Part shown: piece by piece, positions 27,973 to 37,987 of the stretch
Layout: each line of letters opens with the position of its first letter
Numbering within the stretch: position 1 is the stretch's first letter
Source of the DNA: Candidatus Yanofskybacteria bacterium
GTDB taxonomy: Bacteria; Patescibacteriota; Minisyncoccia; 2-02-FULL-40-12; GWA2-44-9
Reading direction: 5' to 3'
Assembly: GCA_003514055.1 (NCBI GenBank)
Contig: DOSG01000001.1
Location: forward strand, 24,571-88,570
DNA: 64,000 bases
Program-made: the position numbers and the translations under genes
The notes under the pieces: generated by a model
Databases searched by the model: none
Told to the model about the DNA's origin: nothing
Seen by the model: only the letters and a program-made list of their open reading frames with translations

Positions 27973-30885
27973 ATGCCAACACCACTTAACATTGGGACAC
28001 GCGATGTCCCTCTCCGCCTTGCCAAAGTACTGACGGAAAAAGTTAATGAAGCATGGGCGAGCGGAGAAATATTATCCAAAGTTACACCAGTAACAAGAGA
28101 GTTACTGACTTTTTGGTTTAGTGAGTCTCATGTTGAAACTAGAAATATAAATTTTCACCAAGGGCAACGGCAAGCCATACTAAATACGATCTATCTGCAC
28201 GAGATTGTGGGTGTTAAAGCAGTCAAAGATATCTATGAAAATATAGAGTTTGAGCTTCTCTCGGAGCTCGATATGACTGAATTCAAGAAGCCAAAGTATG
28301 AAATTCCAAAATATGGAATAAAAATGGCCACGGGTACTGGGAAAACGTTAGTTATGAACGCTCTTTTGATTTGGCAATATTTGAATGCAAAATATGAAGA
28401 ACAGCCATCGGGGAGATATTCTAAAAATTTCTTGCTGGTCGCACCTGGGCTTATTGTGTATGAGCGACTTCTTGACGCATACCTTGGTAAAGAAGACGAG
28501 AACGGGGAGCGAGCATTTGAGACTTCTGATATATACAACTTTCGAGACTTATTCGCACCACTAAGTTTCCGTGAAGATATTTTTGGATTCATCCAAAATA
28601 ATGTGGCTCGCAAGCAAGAAATTGGTAGCAAGGTTACTGGGGCCGGTATCATTGCAATTGCCAACTGGCATCTGTTTATGGAAGAAGAGGAGCATGAAGA
28701 AAGTAGCACGCCACTAGATGATGTAAGTGGCATCATAAAGGATGTTTTTCCAATAAGACCTGGTGTGTCTGGAGGTAACTCTATAGATTCTTTGGATGCT
28801 CAGTATTTAAGCGGTAGAGAAATTGAATATCTTGCAAGTTTGCCGGATCTGGTTGCGTTTAATGATGAAGCTCATCACATCCACGAAAATAAATCATATG
28901 GAGAGGTAAAGGAAGTTGAATGGCAGAAGAGTCTTAATTCTATAGCAAAAAATAAGGGCTCCAAATTTATCCAAGTGGATTTTTCTGCTACCCCGTATGA
29001 TGTAACTGGTAGCGGACAAAATCGAGTTAAGCATTATTTCCCACATATAATTGTGGATTTTGACTTGAAAACAGCGATACGTTCCGGTCTCGTTAAGACG
29101 ATAGCTATTGATAAGAGAAAAGAGCTCACGGATTTGCCGTTGGAATTTAACGCCATAAGAGAAAACGGAGAAGTTATTGGATTGTCTGACGGTCAGAAAA
29201 TGATGTTGCGAGCAGGACTAAGTAAGTTGCGTATTCTAGAAAAGAGCTTTGTGGATTTTACGGCTGATAAGAATGGGGTTTCTAATAAACACCCCAAGAT
29301 GCTTGTTATGAGTGAGGATACGTCAGTTACTCCATTCATTGAGGATTTTTTGAGAAGTGAAGGTCTTAGTGAGGAAGATGTGATGCGAGTTGATTCTAAT
29401 AGAAAAGGCGAAGTATCAGAAGAGGAATGGTTTGAAATTAAACAACGCTTATTTAATATAGATAAACACTCGAGACCTAAAGTTATTGTCTCGGTCCTTA
29501 TGTTGCGTGAGGGATTTGATGTAAATAATATTTGCGTAATTGTACCTCTACGTTCTTCATCCGCACCTATTTTGCTTGAACAAACTATTGGTAGAGGTTT
29601 GCGTATTATGTGGCGTGAACCAGAGTTTGAGGAAATAAAATCAGAGAACAGGAGAAGACTTCTTGTCGAGAAAAAAGAACCAAATAGCTATATTGACCTA
29701 CTCACCATTATTGAGCATCCAGCCTTTATCCAATTTTATGACGAATTACTCAAGGAAGGTCTTCTTGGTGAGTTGGAGCATGATCCCAAAGGAGGACAAG
29801 TCCTCGGCGATATTATCAGAGTTGGCCTTAAATCAAACTACAAAGACTACGATTTGTCTTGGCCGGTGATTATTAAGGATGCCGACGAAGAACTAGTTGA
29901 GTCTGAAATTGATATAAATAAATTAGAAAAGTTTACTGCCTACGAAACAAAAGACTTAAAGAAGTTTTTCAGTAAAGATGGGGAGCAATTTATTTCCGAG
30001 GAGATGACCGTCAAAACTCGTTTTGGTGAGTATGTGGTTGATGCCAATCTTTTTAAATCACAGAGCTATAATGAATATCTTCAGAAAATAGTCGATTGCG
30101 TAGTGAATAGAATGGCAAGAATAAGCCAGAGAAAAAATAAGGTGTTTCCGGCGATGCAGATTAATAACGTCCTTATCGCCAAAACAATAGACAGGTATAT
30201 AAGAGAAAGACTTTTCGGTGAGCCATTTGACCCATTCGTTGATAATAATTGGAAAATACTGCTTCTAAAAAATGGTCTCATCACTAACCATATCGTAAAA
30301 GAAATTGGCAAAGCAATTTTTGAGATGCAACAGTCTGTCCAGCCAACTGAGGCAAAAGTGAACCATAATTATTTCTCAGGAATTAGTGAGTTGAGAATGC
30401 GCGAAAACTTTTCGCTACCAATTGTAAAAACTATCTATGAGCGTCTGCCATATCCATCAAATCGTGGCGGTTTTGAGAAAGATTTTATGGAGTATATCGA
30501 TGGAGATACTGCCGTTGAAAGCATTATGAAGGTCAATGAATACTATCACTCATTTGCAACAGTTCTATATATACGAACTGATGGTCTCATGGCAACGTAT
30601 TCTCCGGATTTTATAGTTAAAACTAAGGACAAGCTATACGTGATTGAAACTAAGGCCGAGAAAGATATTAATGATGAAAATGTTAAACAAAAACAGCTGG
30701 CTACTCTTGATTGGATAAAACGTATTAATTCTCTAGACGCAAAAGATAGGTCAGAACGCGAATGGGCGTACATTCTTTTGGGGGAAAATCACTTCTATAG
30801 CCTAAAGCAAAATAGTGCCTCCATCGAAGAGATCTGTGAGCTTGCTAGGGTTAAGGAGAATAAGGTTAGAGGAACCTTATTATAG
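27973..30885 (+). CDS. res: Type III restriction enzyme (Res), SF2 helicase + PD-(D/E)xK nuclease
   Basis: MATGTGKT, DEAHH, SATP, MLREGFD, QTIGRGLR, PDF...IETK. Confidence 0.9.
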   Translation: MPTPLNIGTRDVPLRLAKVLTEKVNEAWASGEILSKVTPVTRELLTFWFSESHVETRNINFHQGQRQAILNTIYLHEIVGVKAVKDIYENIEFELLSELDMTEFKKPKYEIPKYGIKMATGTGKTLVMNALLIWQYLNAKYEEQPSGRYSKNFLLVAPGLIVYERLLDAYLGKEDENGERAFETSDIYNFRDLFAPLSFREDIFGFIQNNVARKQEIGSKVTGAGIIAIANWHLFMEEEEHEESSTPLDDVSGIIKDVFPIRPGVSGGNSIDSLDAQYLSGREIEYLASLPDLVAFNDEAHHIHENKSYGEVKEVEWQKSLNSIAKNKGSKFIQVDFSATPYDVTGSGQNRVKHYFPHIIVDFDLKTAIRSGLVKTIAIDKRKELTDLPLEFNAIRENGEVIGLSDGQKMMLRAGLSKLRILEKSFVDFTADKNGVSNKHPKMLVMSEDTSVTPFIEDFLRSEGLSEEDVMRVDSNRKGEVSEEEWFEIKQRLFNIDKHSRPKVIVSVLMLREGFDVNNICVIVPLRSSSAPILLEQTIGRGLRIMWREPEFEEIKSENRRRLLVEKKEPNSYIDLLTIIEHPAFIQFYDELLKEGLLGELEHDPKGGQVLGDIIRVGLKSNYKDYDLSWPVIIKDADEELVESEIDINKLEKFTAYETKDLKKFFSKDGEQFISEEMTVKTRFGEYVVDANLFKSQSYNEYLQKIVDCVVNRMARISQRKNKVFPAMQINNVLIAKTIDRYIRERLFGEPFDPFVDNNWKILLLKNGLITNHIVKEIGKAIFEMQQSVQPTEAKVNHNYFSGISELRMRENFSLPIVKTIYERLPYPSNRGGFEKDFMEYIDGDTAVESIMKVNEYYHSFATVLYIRTDGLMATYSPDFIVKTKDKLYVIETKAEKDINDENVKQKQLATLDWIKRINSLDAKDRSEREWAYILLGENHFYSLKQNSASIEEICELARVKENKVRGTLL

Positions 30886-30888
30886 CTT

Positions 30889-31383
30889 TTACTTTCGAAG
30901 ATTTAGGTTGATTAATCTAAATCTCATTGCATTTTCACTCACTTGATATTTCTCAGCTAGCTTTTCTAGTTCAACCTCAGTAAAACCATCTTTGGCAATA
31001 TTTATAAAATCTTTAGATAGTAAGCTTTGAGGCATAAGTAGTGCTGCCGCAAACATGTTTGCATGTCTTTCGGTGGGTGTCCTCATTATTTCTTTTTTAT
31101 TGTCTCTATAATCAACAAAAGCATCTTTCCTTGGATGCAAAAAATAGTGCCCCAACTCATGGGCAATAGTGAACCTCTGTCTTACTGGAGCTTCATTACT
31201 ATTTACTCCAATCAAAGCGTGTCCATTTTTTCTGATGAGTAGTCCCGAGAAATCTTTACTTGGTGCACGACTTATCTTTATTCCGTGTCGCGTAGCGATA
31301 TCTTCTACGGGAATTGGTAATGTTTTACTTTCTAAATCGCTCAGTATCTTTTCAACTTCTGACTCAATTTTTTCTAAAATCAT
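30889..31383 (-). CDS. ImmA/IrrE (CapP-like) metallopeptidase
   Basis: RQRFTIAHELGH (HExxH), E..AN.FAAALLMP. Confidence 0.9.
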   Translation of the reverse strand: MILEKIESEVEKILSDLESKTLPIPVEDIATRHGIKISRAPSKDFSGLLIRKNGHALIGVNSNEAPVRQRFTIAHELGHYFLHPRKDAFVDYRDNKKEIMRTPTERHANMFAAALLMPQSLLSKDFINIAKDGFTEVELEKLAEKYQVSENAMRFRLINLNLRK

Positions 31384-31393
31384 AATATTATTT

Positions 31394-31741
31394 TCAATCT
31401 TTAAAAAGTATTGCTGCCCATTTGGCTGCATTTTTGTCCTCCTGAGCTACTTTATGGAGGTCGACCTTAGTTAATGCAAAACCATCCGGTATAGCAGGAA
31501 AGAAATCTTTTATATCGCAATGAAATAATGTCGCAAGTTTCCATAAAGATACAGCCGATATGTTATTTCTTCCTGTTTCAATATGAGTCACCGCTTCGCG
31601 GGAGATGCCAAGCTTCTTAGCTATTTGTGATGCACTCAAATTCAACTTCTTGCGCATCTCGCGTACTCTCTTGGCAATATCTGCCTTGATTTCAGCGTCT
31701 GTGGCGTCCTTAGGATTAATTATATCTTTTTTCTTTTGCAT
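31394..31741 (-). CDS. Xre-family HTH repressor (CapH/ImmR-like)
   Basis: RVREMRKKLNLS...IAKKLGISR..V..IETG. Confidence 0.9.
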   Translation of the reverse strand: MQKKKDIINPKDATDAEIKADIAKRVREMRKKLNLSASQIAKKLGISREAVTHIETGRNNISAVSLWKLATLFHCDIKDFFPAIPDGFALTKVDLHKVAQEDKNAAKWAAILFKD

Positions 31742-31795
31742 CTTTAATAGGCTGATGTTGGTAACTTGTTATAGATTATACCGATTGTTATTAAT

Positions 31796-31832
31796 TGTAC
31801 CCATTATGTTATCTCAGGTAACATCTGGTACA
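31796..31832. promoter_or_regulatory. Candidate operator palindrome between HTH gene and Ubl operon
   Basis: tgtacc..atgtta-tctcagg-taacat..ggtaca nested inverted repeat. Confidence 0.5.
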
Positions 31833-31938
31833 TCTAATTCCCTTGATATGGTATCAACTCTAGGTGTAGAATTCAAGTATACAAACTAATCAGCCCCGAT
31901 GCCAAGCCGCAATGCGTGCAAAGCACAGGACTAAAGCC

Positions 31939-32211
31939 ATGAGCGAAGACAAAAAACACGACGGGGGCGACAATAAGGACACAATCATTATTGTAAACGC
32001 CAGGGAGAAGGTCTGGAATAAGAAGGAGATATCGTACGAGGAGGTCATCGTACTAGCCTTCGGTTCGTATTCCAATGACGAGAATGTTGTTTATACTGTG
32101 ACATTCTCAAAGGGCGAAAATCCTCATCACGAAGGGTCGATGGTAAGGGGGGACGTTGTTAAAGTTAAGAAAGGTATGATATTCAATGTCACACAGACTA
32201 ATAAATCGTAA
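31939..32211 (+). CDS. Multi-ubiquitin-domain (Ubl) protein
   Basis: IIVNAR......ISYEEVI.LAF...YTVT...G....G..VKVKKGM.FNVTQTNKS; ATG 31939 after cagga. Confidence 0.85.
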   Translation: MSEDKKHDGGDNKDTIIIVNAREKVWNKKEISYEEVIVLAFGSYSNDENVVYTVTFSKGENPHHEGSMVRGDVVKVKKGMIFNVTQTNKS

Positions 32212-33367
32212 TTCTGACCTATTAAGGCTCAGAAGTGAAGGGTATGATATCGAGGTAAAGAACGGGCATCTTTTGGCTCATCATATTCCATATGTCAATT
32301 CGAAAAAGGAGATCGCTTTCGGGGTTCTTGTCACCCCGCTTGGCGATCTAGCTGGGGATAAAACGACCAAGCCACAAGATCACGTGATCCATTTTCATGG
32401 CGAACATCCTTGTGATAAAGAAGGACTGGTTATAAAAGGGATCCAACATTCGAGCGAAAAGAAAACTCTGGTAGAAGGAGTCGAAGTTGACCACTCTTTC
32501 TCTAATAAGCCGACCGATGGCTATCCAGATTACTATGAAAAAATAGCCACCTACGCAAAAATAATTTCTGCACCCGCTGAATCAATTGATCACTCCGTTA
32601 CGGCCAAGGTATTTAGGCCGGTGAGGACAGATAATGATCCGGATGAGGTTTTTAATTATTTGGATTCAAATTCAAGTAGGGCAGAAATTCAGAACATCAC
32701 TTCTAAACTTCAGAACCTTAAGATAGCCATCATCGGTTTAGGGGGTACGGGTTCATATGTATTGGATTTTGTCTCTAAGACGCCAGTTAAGGAAATCCAT
32801 ATTTTTGATCAAGACGGCTTCCTCTCTCACAATGCTTTTCGCGCTCCCGGAGCGCCTGCGATCGAAACGTTAGAATTGCAACCAAAGAAAGTGGCTTATC
32901 TGCATGGCGTTTACTCAAAGATGCATAAATATATTACGCCTCATGAGTACCACCTTACCGCCGAAGTTTCTGAAGAATTATCGGGAATGGATTTTGTTTT
33001 TATATGCGTAGACAAGGGGGAAAGTAAAAAGTTAATCGTCGATAAGTTAGAAGAAAAGAAGATTCCCTTCATAGACGTTGGGGTTGGTATTGAAGCTGTC
33101 GGTGGCAAGTTAACTGGAAGTGTTCGGACTACCGCAGTTACGGAAGGCAAAAACGACCATATTGATAAAAGAATTTCTTTTGCCGATAATGGAAGTGAAG
33201 ACTATCATAATAATATCCAAATAGCAGAGTTGAACGCACTTAATGCCGCTTTTGCTGTTATAAAATGGAAAAAGATTTTTGGTGTCTATCATGATTTTGG
33301 GAATGAGCACGATTCCGTCTATAGCATCAATGTTAACCAGCTAATCAACAATGACGTTATCTCATAA
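32186..33367 (+). CDS. E2-like (DUF6791) + ThiF/E1 adenylyltransferase fusion
   Basis: N-terminal HIPYVN...DHVIHF.G...FSNKP; C-terminal IIGLGGTGS, D.D.F.SHNAFRAPG, CVD, IDVG. Confidence 0.85.
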   Translation: MSHRLINRNSDLLRLRSEGYDIEVKNGHLLAHHIPYVNSKKEIAFGVLVTPLGDLAGDKTTKPQDHVIHFHGEHPCDKEGLVIKGIQHSSEKKTLVEGVEVDHSFSNKPTDGYPDYYEKIATYAKIISAPAESIDHSVTAKVFRPVRTDNDPDEVFNYLDSNSSRAEIQNITSKLQNLKIAIIGLGGTGSYVLDFVSKTPVKEIHIFDQDGFLSHNAFRAPGAPAIETLELQPKKVAYLHGVYSKMHKYITPHEYHLTAEVSEELSGMDFVFICVDKGESKKLIVDKLEEKKIPFIDVGVGIEAVGGKLTGSVRTTAVTEGKNDHIDKRISFADNGSEDYHNNIQIAELNALNAAFAVIKWKKIFGVYHDFGNEHDSVYSINVNQLINNDVIS

Positions 33368-33731
33368 ATTTGTACAAAATATACCGGAACATTTAGATGA
33401 TGGGGTAATTTATGTTTCTATAGAGTACGCCACGGCCATCCACAAATGTTGTTGTGGATGTGGCAATGAAGTTGTCACCCCTTTTTCCCCAACTGATTGG
33501 GAATTGATATTTAACGGTGAGGCAATCTCCCTATATCCATCGATTGGGAATTGGAATTTTAAATGCCAGTCGCACTATTGGATCACCAATGACGCTGTTG
33601 AGTGGGCACCTAAGTGGTCTAAACGCCAGATTGAAGAAGGTAATAAAAGAGACCAGAAAGTTAAGGGTGCATATTATAGAAAAGATAAAGGACGTAAATC
33701 ATTACTTGATTTTCTGAAGATTAGATTCTAG
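33351..33731 (+). CDS. DUF6527 Cys/His metal-binding protein
   Basis: HKCCCGCG.EVVTP, SLYPSIGNW...C.SHYWI. Confidence 0.8.
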   Translation: MTLSHKFVQNIPEHLDDGVIYVSIEYATAIHKCCCGCGNEVVTPFSPTDWELIFNGEAISLYPSIGNWNFKCQSHYWITNDAVEWAPKWSKRQIEEGNKRDQKVKGAYYRKDKGRKSLLDFLKIRF

Positions 33732-33987
33732 TTTAGATCTAGTTTTTTGCCAGCACTCAATAGGACGTTCTTAAGTCCTTTTTATACTGTCGCATTTGTC
33801 TCATTTACCCCGACCAAGGAGCTTCGTTTAGTCGCTGGCTAAAGCTCTCAAAAACCTTTAGAATACCCCTAACAGCCTCGTACTAGACATACGAGTCCAG
33901 CAAGCGAACGTAGGTGAGCGCAGTGCCCAGCGCCAGTAGGCGGTAGGTATTAAATTTAGATAGGTTATTTCACTCGAGACATAAATT

Positions 33988-34542
33988 ATGAGCTTAGAAA
34001 ATCCCAATTCTGATAGAGAGGAGCTAATTAGGGCAGTTTTAGAATATGGAAATCGATTAATTGAATCGTCTATGGAGATGATATCCGTGTTGCCGTTCGA
34101 GATTAAAGGAGAAAAATTTACTTTGGTATATGGAATATTCCCAAGAGAGTCTGGTAATGTGTGGGTAAGAGTTGGGTTGTTTAATGATTATCAAGGCGCT
34201 AAATTAGAAAATGGAAGCAGTTTTAACGTAGGAGAGATTTCAATGACACGGTTAATGTTTAATCTTGAATCCAGTAGCGTGCATGGAGAATTCGGTACAG
34301 ATGAGAAATATGAAGGTAGGGGATTTGGCAGCGCTCTCTTGTACTTAAGAGACGGTATCATTAAAGACATTATAAAAAAATATAAAGATAAGTTTTCATC
34401 AAGTTTATTAAGAAGTGAAATCGCAGATAATTCTCGGGCACAAAGCGAGAATAGGCAACATGATGGGCTAACAACTTTTCTCGCCAAAAAAATGGGATAT
34501 ACAAAGGAAGGCGAAAAACTAGTTAAAGATTATATTATTTAG
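33988..34542 (+). CDS. Hypothetical, possible GNAT-fold protein
   Basis: YEGRGFGSAL and KKMGY motifs. Confidence 0.5.
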   Translation: MSLENPNSDREELIRAVLEYGNRLIESSMEMISVLPFEIKGEKFTLVYGIFPRESGNVWVRVGLFNDYQGAKLENGSSFNVGEISMTRLMFNLESSSVHGEFGTDEKYEGRGFGSALLYLRDGIIKDIIKKYKDKFSSSLLRSEIADNSRAQSENRQHDGLTTFLAKKMGYTKEGEKLVKDYII

Positions 34543-34576
34543 CCTGCTCGAGACGGTCAGTAAATATTTTACTATT

Positions 34577-35194
34577 ATGGCAGCACCGATAACCCACATA
34601 GTTTTAGCCAATAAAGTTTTTTCTAAAGAATTTCCACTTTTTTCTAGGGAAAAATTTTTTGTTGGGACTAGTTTCCCGGATATAAGGTATCTTGGAGTAA
34701 TTGAAAGAAGTAAGACGCATTTTACAAGCCCCCTGTTGGCAGATATTAAGAAAGAGAACGATGCCCAGGCAGGTATGATGTTTCATTCATTCGTAGATGG
34801 AGTCAGGGAAAAAGTTTTGAAGGAAGCTGGGATATACAAGATGATTCCGAAGAATGGGATTAGTATCCAAACACTCAAGCTGTTGGAGGATGAGGTCTTG
34901 TACAATAAAATAGAAGACTGGAAAGTCATTGCTTCTTATTTTGATTCCATACTGGCAGAGGAGCTAGCCTATCCAATAGGCGAAGATTCTATAAAAAGAT
35001 GGCACAATGCACTGCAACATTATTTCGTGGAAGGCCCTAATGCGGGGAGTAGAAAAGTTCTATTTACGGAAATGAATTTTAGCGACGAGAATACTTTTGA
35101 GACAGAAGAAATTTTAGCAGAGATGAGGCAAAATGATAAAATCATAGATATGATAAATGATTTCTATAATAAGTTTGGAGAAAAGATAAACTAG
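34577..35194 (+). CDS. Hypothetical metal-dependent hydrolase-like protein
   Basis: THI...GTSFPDI...THF...G..FH..VD pattern. Confidence 0.5.
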   Translation: MAAPITHIVLANKVFSKEFPLFSREKFFVGTSFPDIRYLGVIERSKTHFTSPLLADIKKENDAQAGMMFHSFVDGVREKVLKEAGIYKMIPKNGISIQTLKLLEDEVLYNKIEDWKVIASYFDSILAEELAYPIGEDSIKRWHNALQHYFVEGPNAGSRKVLFTEMNFSDENTFETEEILAEMRQNDKIIDMINDFYNKFGEKIN

Positions 35195-35215
35195 CCTGCC
35201 CGAGAAGAGCTGCCT

Positions 35216-35692
35216 ATGATCATAAGAATTGCTCAAGAAAAAGATTTGGGAGATATCAAAGAAATCTATTCTTTATATTACGATGATCAGAAAGATCTCG
35301 AGCACTTTTTAAATCGAGTAAGAGAAGCTATCAATCGATCAGATATCGCCCAACAGTGGGACTTTCATTATTTGGTAGCAGAAATTGATAATAGAGTTCT
35401 TGGATTGATTGGTTTTTGTAAGCCACTTAAAAAGTTGCTATCATTTACCAAGACATCAAGGCCAGTCGAACTGTACAGTCTTTTTGTAAAAGAGAAATTT
35501 AAAGGAATCGGGCGCCCGCTCCTTGAAGAAATGACCAAACAAGTTAAGGAAGCTGGATATACAGAGATAGTTGTATACAGCGACGAAAAATGGAGTGATA
35601 GTTGGGGGTTTTACGATAAGCTCGGCTTCGCAAGAGTTGGCAAGCTCGATGTTAGCGGAAACGGTCAAGTTTGGACAATAGCTTTAAATTAG
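35216..35692 (+). CDS. GNAT acetyltransferase
   Basis: IR.A...D, LFV...KGIG..LL, FYDKLGF. Confidence 0.85.
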   Translation: MIIRIAQEKDLGDIKEIYSLYYDDQKDLEHFLNRVREAINRSDIAQQWDFHYLVAEIDNRVLGLIGFCKPLKKLLSFTKTSRPVELYSLFVKEKFKGIGRPLLEEMTKQVKEAGYTEIVVYSDEKWSDSWGFYDKLGFARVGKLDVSGNGQVWTIALN

Positions 35693-35815
35693 ACAGAAGT
35701 AGCGGTGCCCGAGATGCATTGTTTGTGATAAGACTTGAATAGCTAAAATAACCTTGTTGGGCTTGACCCGTTAGGGGTTCGAGCTCGACTTGGCCAGCAA
35801 AAAAATTTTTAAAGC

Positions 35816-36346
35816 ATGAAATATTTTGTCGGATACATCATTGAAGGAGAAGCAGTAGATTACTATAAGACTTTAGGCGAGGATTTATCAAAGCGTTTTG
35901 GCGTGAAAAATATATCACTAACCAAGCCTTTACATATGACTTTTAAGGCTCCTTTTGAATCAGATGATATCAAGCCTTTCGATAAGCGATTAAGGGAATT
36001 AGCACAAAGAGAGGCTATACCGTTCGTATTAAATAAATTTGGACGTTTCGGAGACTATGACTTAACAATATATTTAGCTCCAGCCGGGAATGAGATCCTT
36101 CAAAAAAACGTAGACGAGATCGCGAATGCTATTTATGAATTTGGAGATAAAAGATTACCAACCCATCTTCCGATTCGTCTCCACGCGTCCATCGCGCGCT
36201 ATCTTAGCCCGGAATTGGCAAAAAAAGTTTGGGAATATCTTGAGACACTTCCCGCTCCTCATTTTGAATTAAGTTTTAATAATATAGCCCTATTTATACA
36301 TAGCGAAGACCGCTGGAGCGTGGAATCTAGGTATCCCTTTAAATAG
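35816..36346 (+). CDS. 2H phosphoesterase (2'-5' RNA ligase family)
   Basis: Two HxT/S motifs: LHMTFK.PF and LHASIAR. Confidence 0.85.
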   Translation: MKYFVGYIIEGEAVDYYKTLGEDLSKRFGVKNISLTKPLHMTFKAPFESDDIKPFDKRLRELAQREAIPFVLNKFGRFGDYDLTIYLAPAGNEILQKNVDEIANAIYEFGDKRLPTHLPIRLHASIARYLSPELAKKVWEYLETLPAPHFELSFNNIALFIHSEDRWSVESRYPFK

Positions 36347-36429
36347 ACCAGTCCGGCGACATCGACAATAGGGCGCTCGCTCGGCGGGCCCTTATTGTTC
36401 TTGTGGAGAAATGCCAGTATCGTTCCAAC

Positions 36430-36451
36430 TTCGAATCCAGGCCCCACAGCA
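36430..36451 (+). repeat. attR-like copy of tRNA-Gln 3' end
   Basis: ttcgaatccaggccccacagca, 19/22 identical to 2906-2927. Confidence 0.7.
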
Positions 36452-36457
36452 CTATGA

Positions 36458-36670
36458 TTGACCTAGTCAGCGTATTATAGTATAATCTTGGAATCATGAA
36501 TATTGCCCAGAATAACAATACGTTGAATACGGTTGCCACTTATAAGAAAAGCGTCTTTTCGGCTTATTTGACCAAGATTTTTTTGAAGTAATATTATTTG
36601 CAAAAGCGCCTTGGCCAGATTGGCCGAGGCGCTTTTTTTGTTGCCAACTGGAGAACTTTAACAAGGAGGT
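36458..36670 (+). promoter_or_regulatory. Attenuator-like leader 1 (promoter, 31-aa uORF 36496..36591, terminator)
   Basis: ttgacc-N17-tataat; uORF runs through a degenerate copy of the terminator aaaagcgccttggcc/ggccgaggcgcttttt. Confidence 0.55.
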
Positions 36671-36674
36671 AGTC

Positions 36675-37496
36675 ATGATCAGGAGAAAAGAAGTTACGCT
36701 AGAGAGTCGAATCAATGATCATTGTTCTGCGGGCGAATATGAGAACGCCCTAACTCTAGGTGCTAATGACCCATTCTATCTGTCTCGTATTATTATCAAT
36801 GCATTCAAGGACGCCAATATTGGTCAAGACATGATCGATCGTCTGCTGGGTATGTATATCGAAATGATGCAAGATCGTGATTCTTGGGCCTTGGAAAACC
36901 GTTTTCGGTACTGTCTGATATGGTTTGATCATTTTTCTTACTATCTATGGCAAAGAAGGATGATGGAATGGTTGAGGAGATTCTATAGAATAATCGTCTT
37001 ATCTGGCCTAGAGAAAGATGAGTCTACGGTAAGAGAGGTTCGGCATTTAATATATAGATTTGTCGAATCAGCAAGGTGGGATGATAATCCTAGAGAATTC
37101 GGGCTATTGCCTGGCATATTGAATGGTCTAAGAAAGGACTACAGAGGTGATGATTATATAATTCCTCGGCTAACAAGGACGTTCAGCTCCGAAGAAGAGT
37201 TTCTCTTTTGGAAGTTGGGTCGAGTATCGGCTATCAGCGACTTTGATTCCGATGTCCAAGAAGAAGGACTGGTCAGCCTGAATATGGTGTCGAATATTTT
37301 CGACAGAATTAGGCAGGTCGGTGGGAACATGAATCGTGCCAGAGATATAGTAGAGGCGATTATTAAATCACAGCTGAATGGATGGACAATAGTAGCTGGT
37401 CGAGCTAGGAACCAAAAGGGCGCCATGCAGGCGCTGAGAGTATCGATGGCTATGGCGAGGAAACTAGAGGAGTATAGGTCTCGATTCAGAGAATAG
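36675..37496 (+). CDS. Hypothetical helical protein
   Basis: aaggagg RBS, terminator gccccgc/gcggggc downstream. Confidence 0.65.
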   Translation: MIRRKEVTLESRINDHCSAGEYENALTLGANDPFYLSRIIINAFKDANIGQDMIDRLLGMYIEMMQDRDSWALENRFRYCLIWFDHFSYYLWQRRMMEWLRRFYRIIVLSGLEKDESTVREVRHLIYRFVESARWDDNPREFGLLPGILNGLRKDYRGDDYIIPRLTRTFSSEEEFLFWKLGRVSAISDFDSDVQEEGLVSLNMVSNIFDRIRQVGGNMNRARDIVEAIIKSQLNGWTIVAGRARNQKGAMQALRVSMAMARKLEEYRSRFRE

Positions 37497-37594
37497 GCAA
37501 AGACAGTATGGCCCCGCTTTAGCGGGGCTTTTCTTGTAAATAAAAAACGGGCGGCCTGGTGGCCGCCCGTTGGTGTACCTGATGCTGGGGCTGA

Positions 37595-37987
37595 TTAGGA
37601 TTCGACGACTGGCGTCGTCGGCGCCGACACCATGGCGAGGATCTTCTCGGCCTCTTCGGTACTGATGACTCCGTCTTCGATTGCCATGTCGAGCATTTTG
37701 CGGTGGTTGGCCGGTGGAAAATTCACGAAGACCTCGGCTGTGTCTTTTAGGAATTGTTCCGAAGCCAACTCGTCCGTCATCGGCAGGCCGCAGGATTCGA
37801 TTTCTTGCGTGGTCGCCGCCGTCTCCTCATCAGTCTGCTCGATATTGCCTTTGGCAATCAACTTGGCAAGGAGTTCTTTGCCGCTGTCGATAGAGAAGAA
37901 GCCTCGCGACTGTTCGCCGTCGGGGCTTTCGAGCTTCCGATGAGCTCGTGGGTTTCCACAATCACAACGTACAACTACTAGTTCCAT
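37595..37987 (-). CDS. Hypothetical CxCG protein, paralog A
   Basis: CDCG...HRKL...SR.FFSI...SCGLP...APTTPVVES shared with 38489..38929. Confidence 0.7.
   Translation of the reverse strand: MELVVVRCDCGNPRAHRKLESPDGEQSRGFFSIDSGKELLAKLIAKGNIEQTDEETAATTQEIESCGLPMTDELASEQFLKDTAEVFVNFPPANHRKMLDMAIEDGVISTEEAEKILAMVSAPTTPVVES

Larger units (their letters stand above)
20434..33930. mobile_element. Serine-recombinase integrative element/prophage remnant carrying R-M and Ubl operons; boundaries approximate
   Basis: Recombinase, terminase-small-like HTH, ParB-MTase, VRR-NUC, type III R-M and Ubl operon clustered; att sites not identified. Confidence 0.55.

Noticed and set aside
20434-33930. Intact prophage
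   Set aside because: No large terminase, portal, capsid or tail genes
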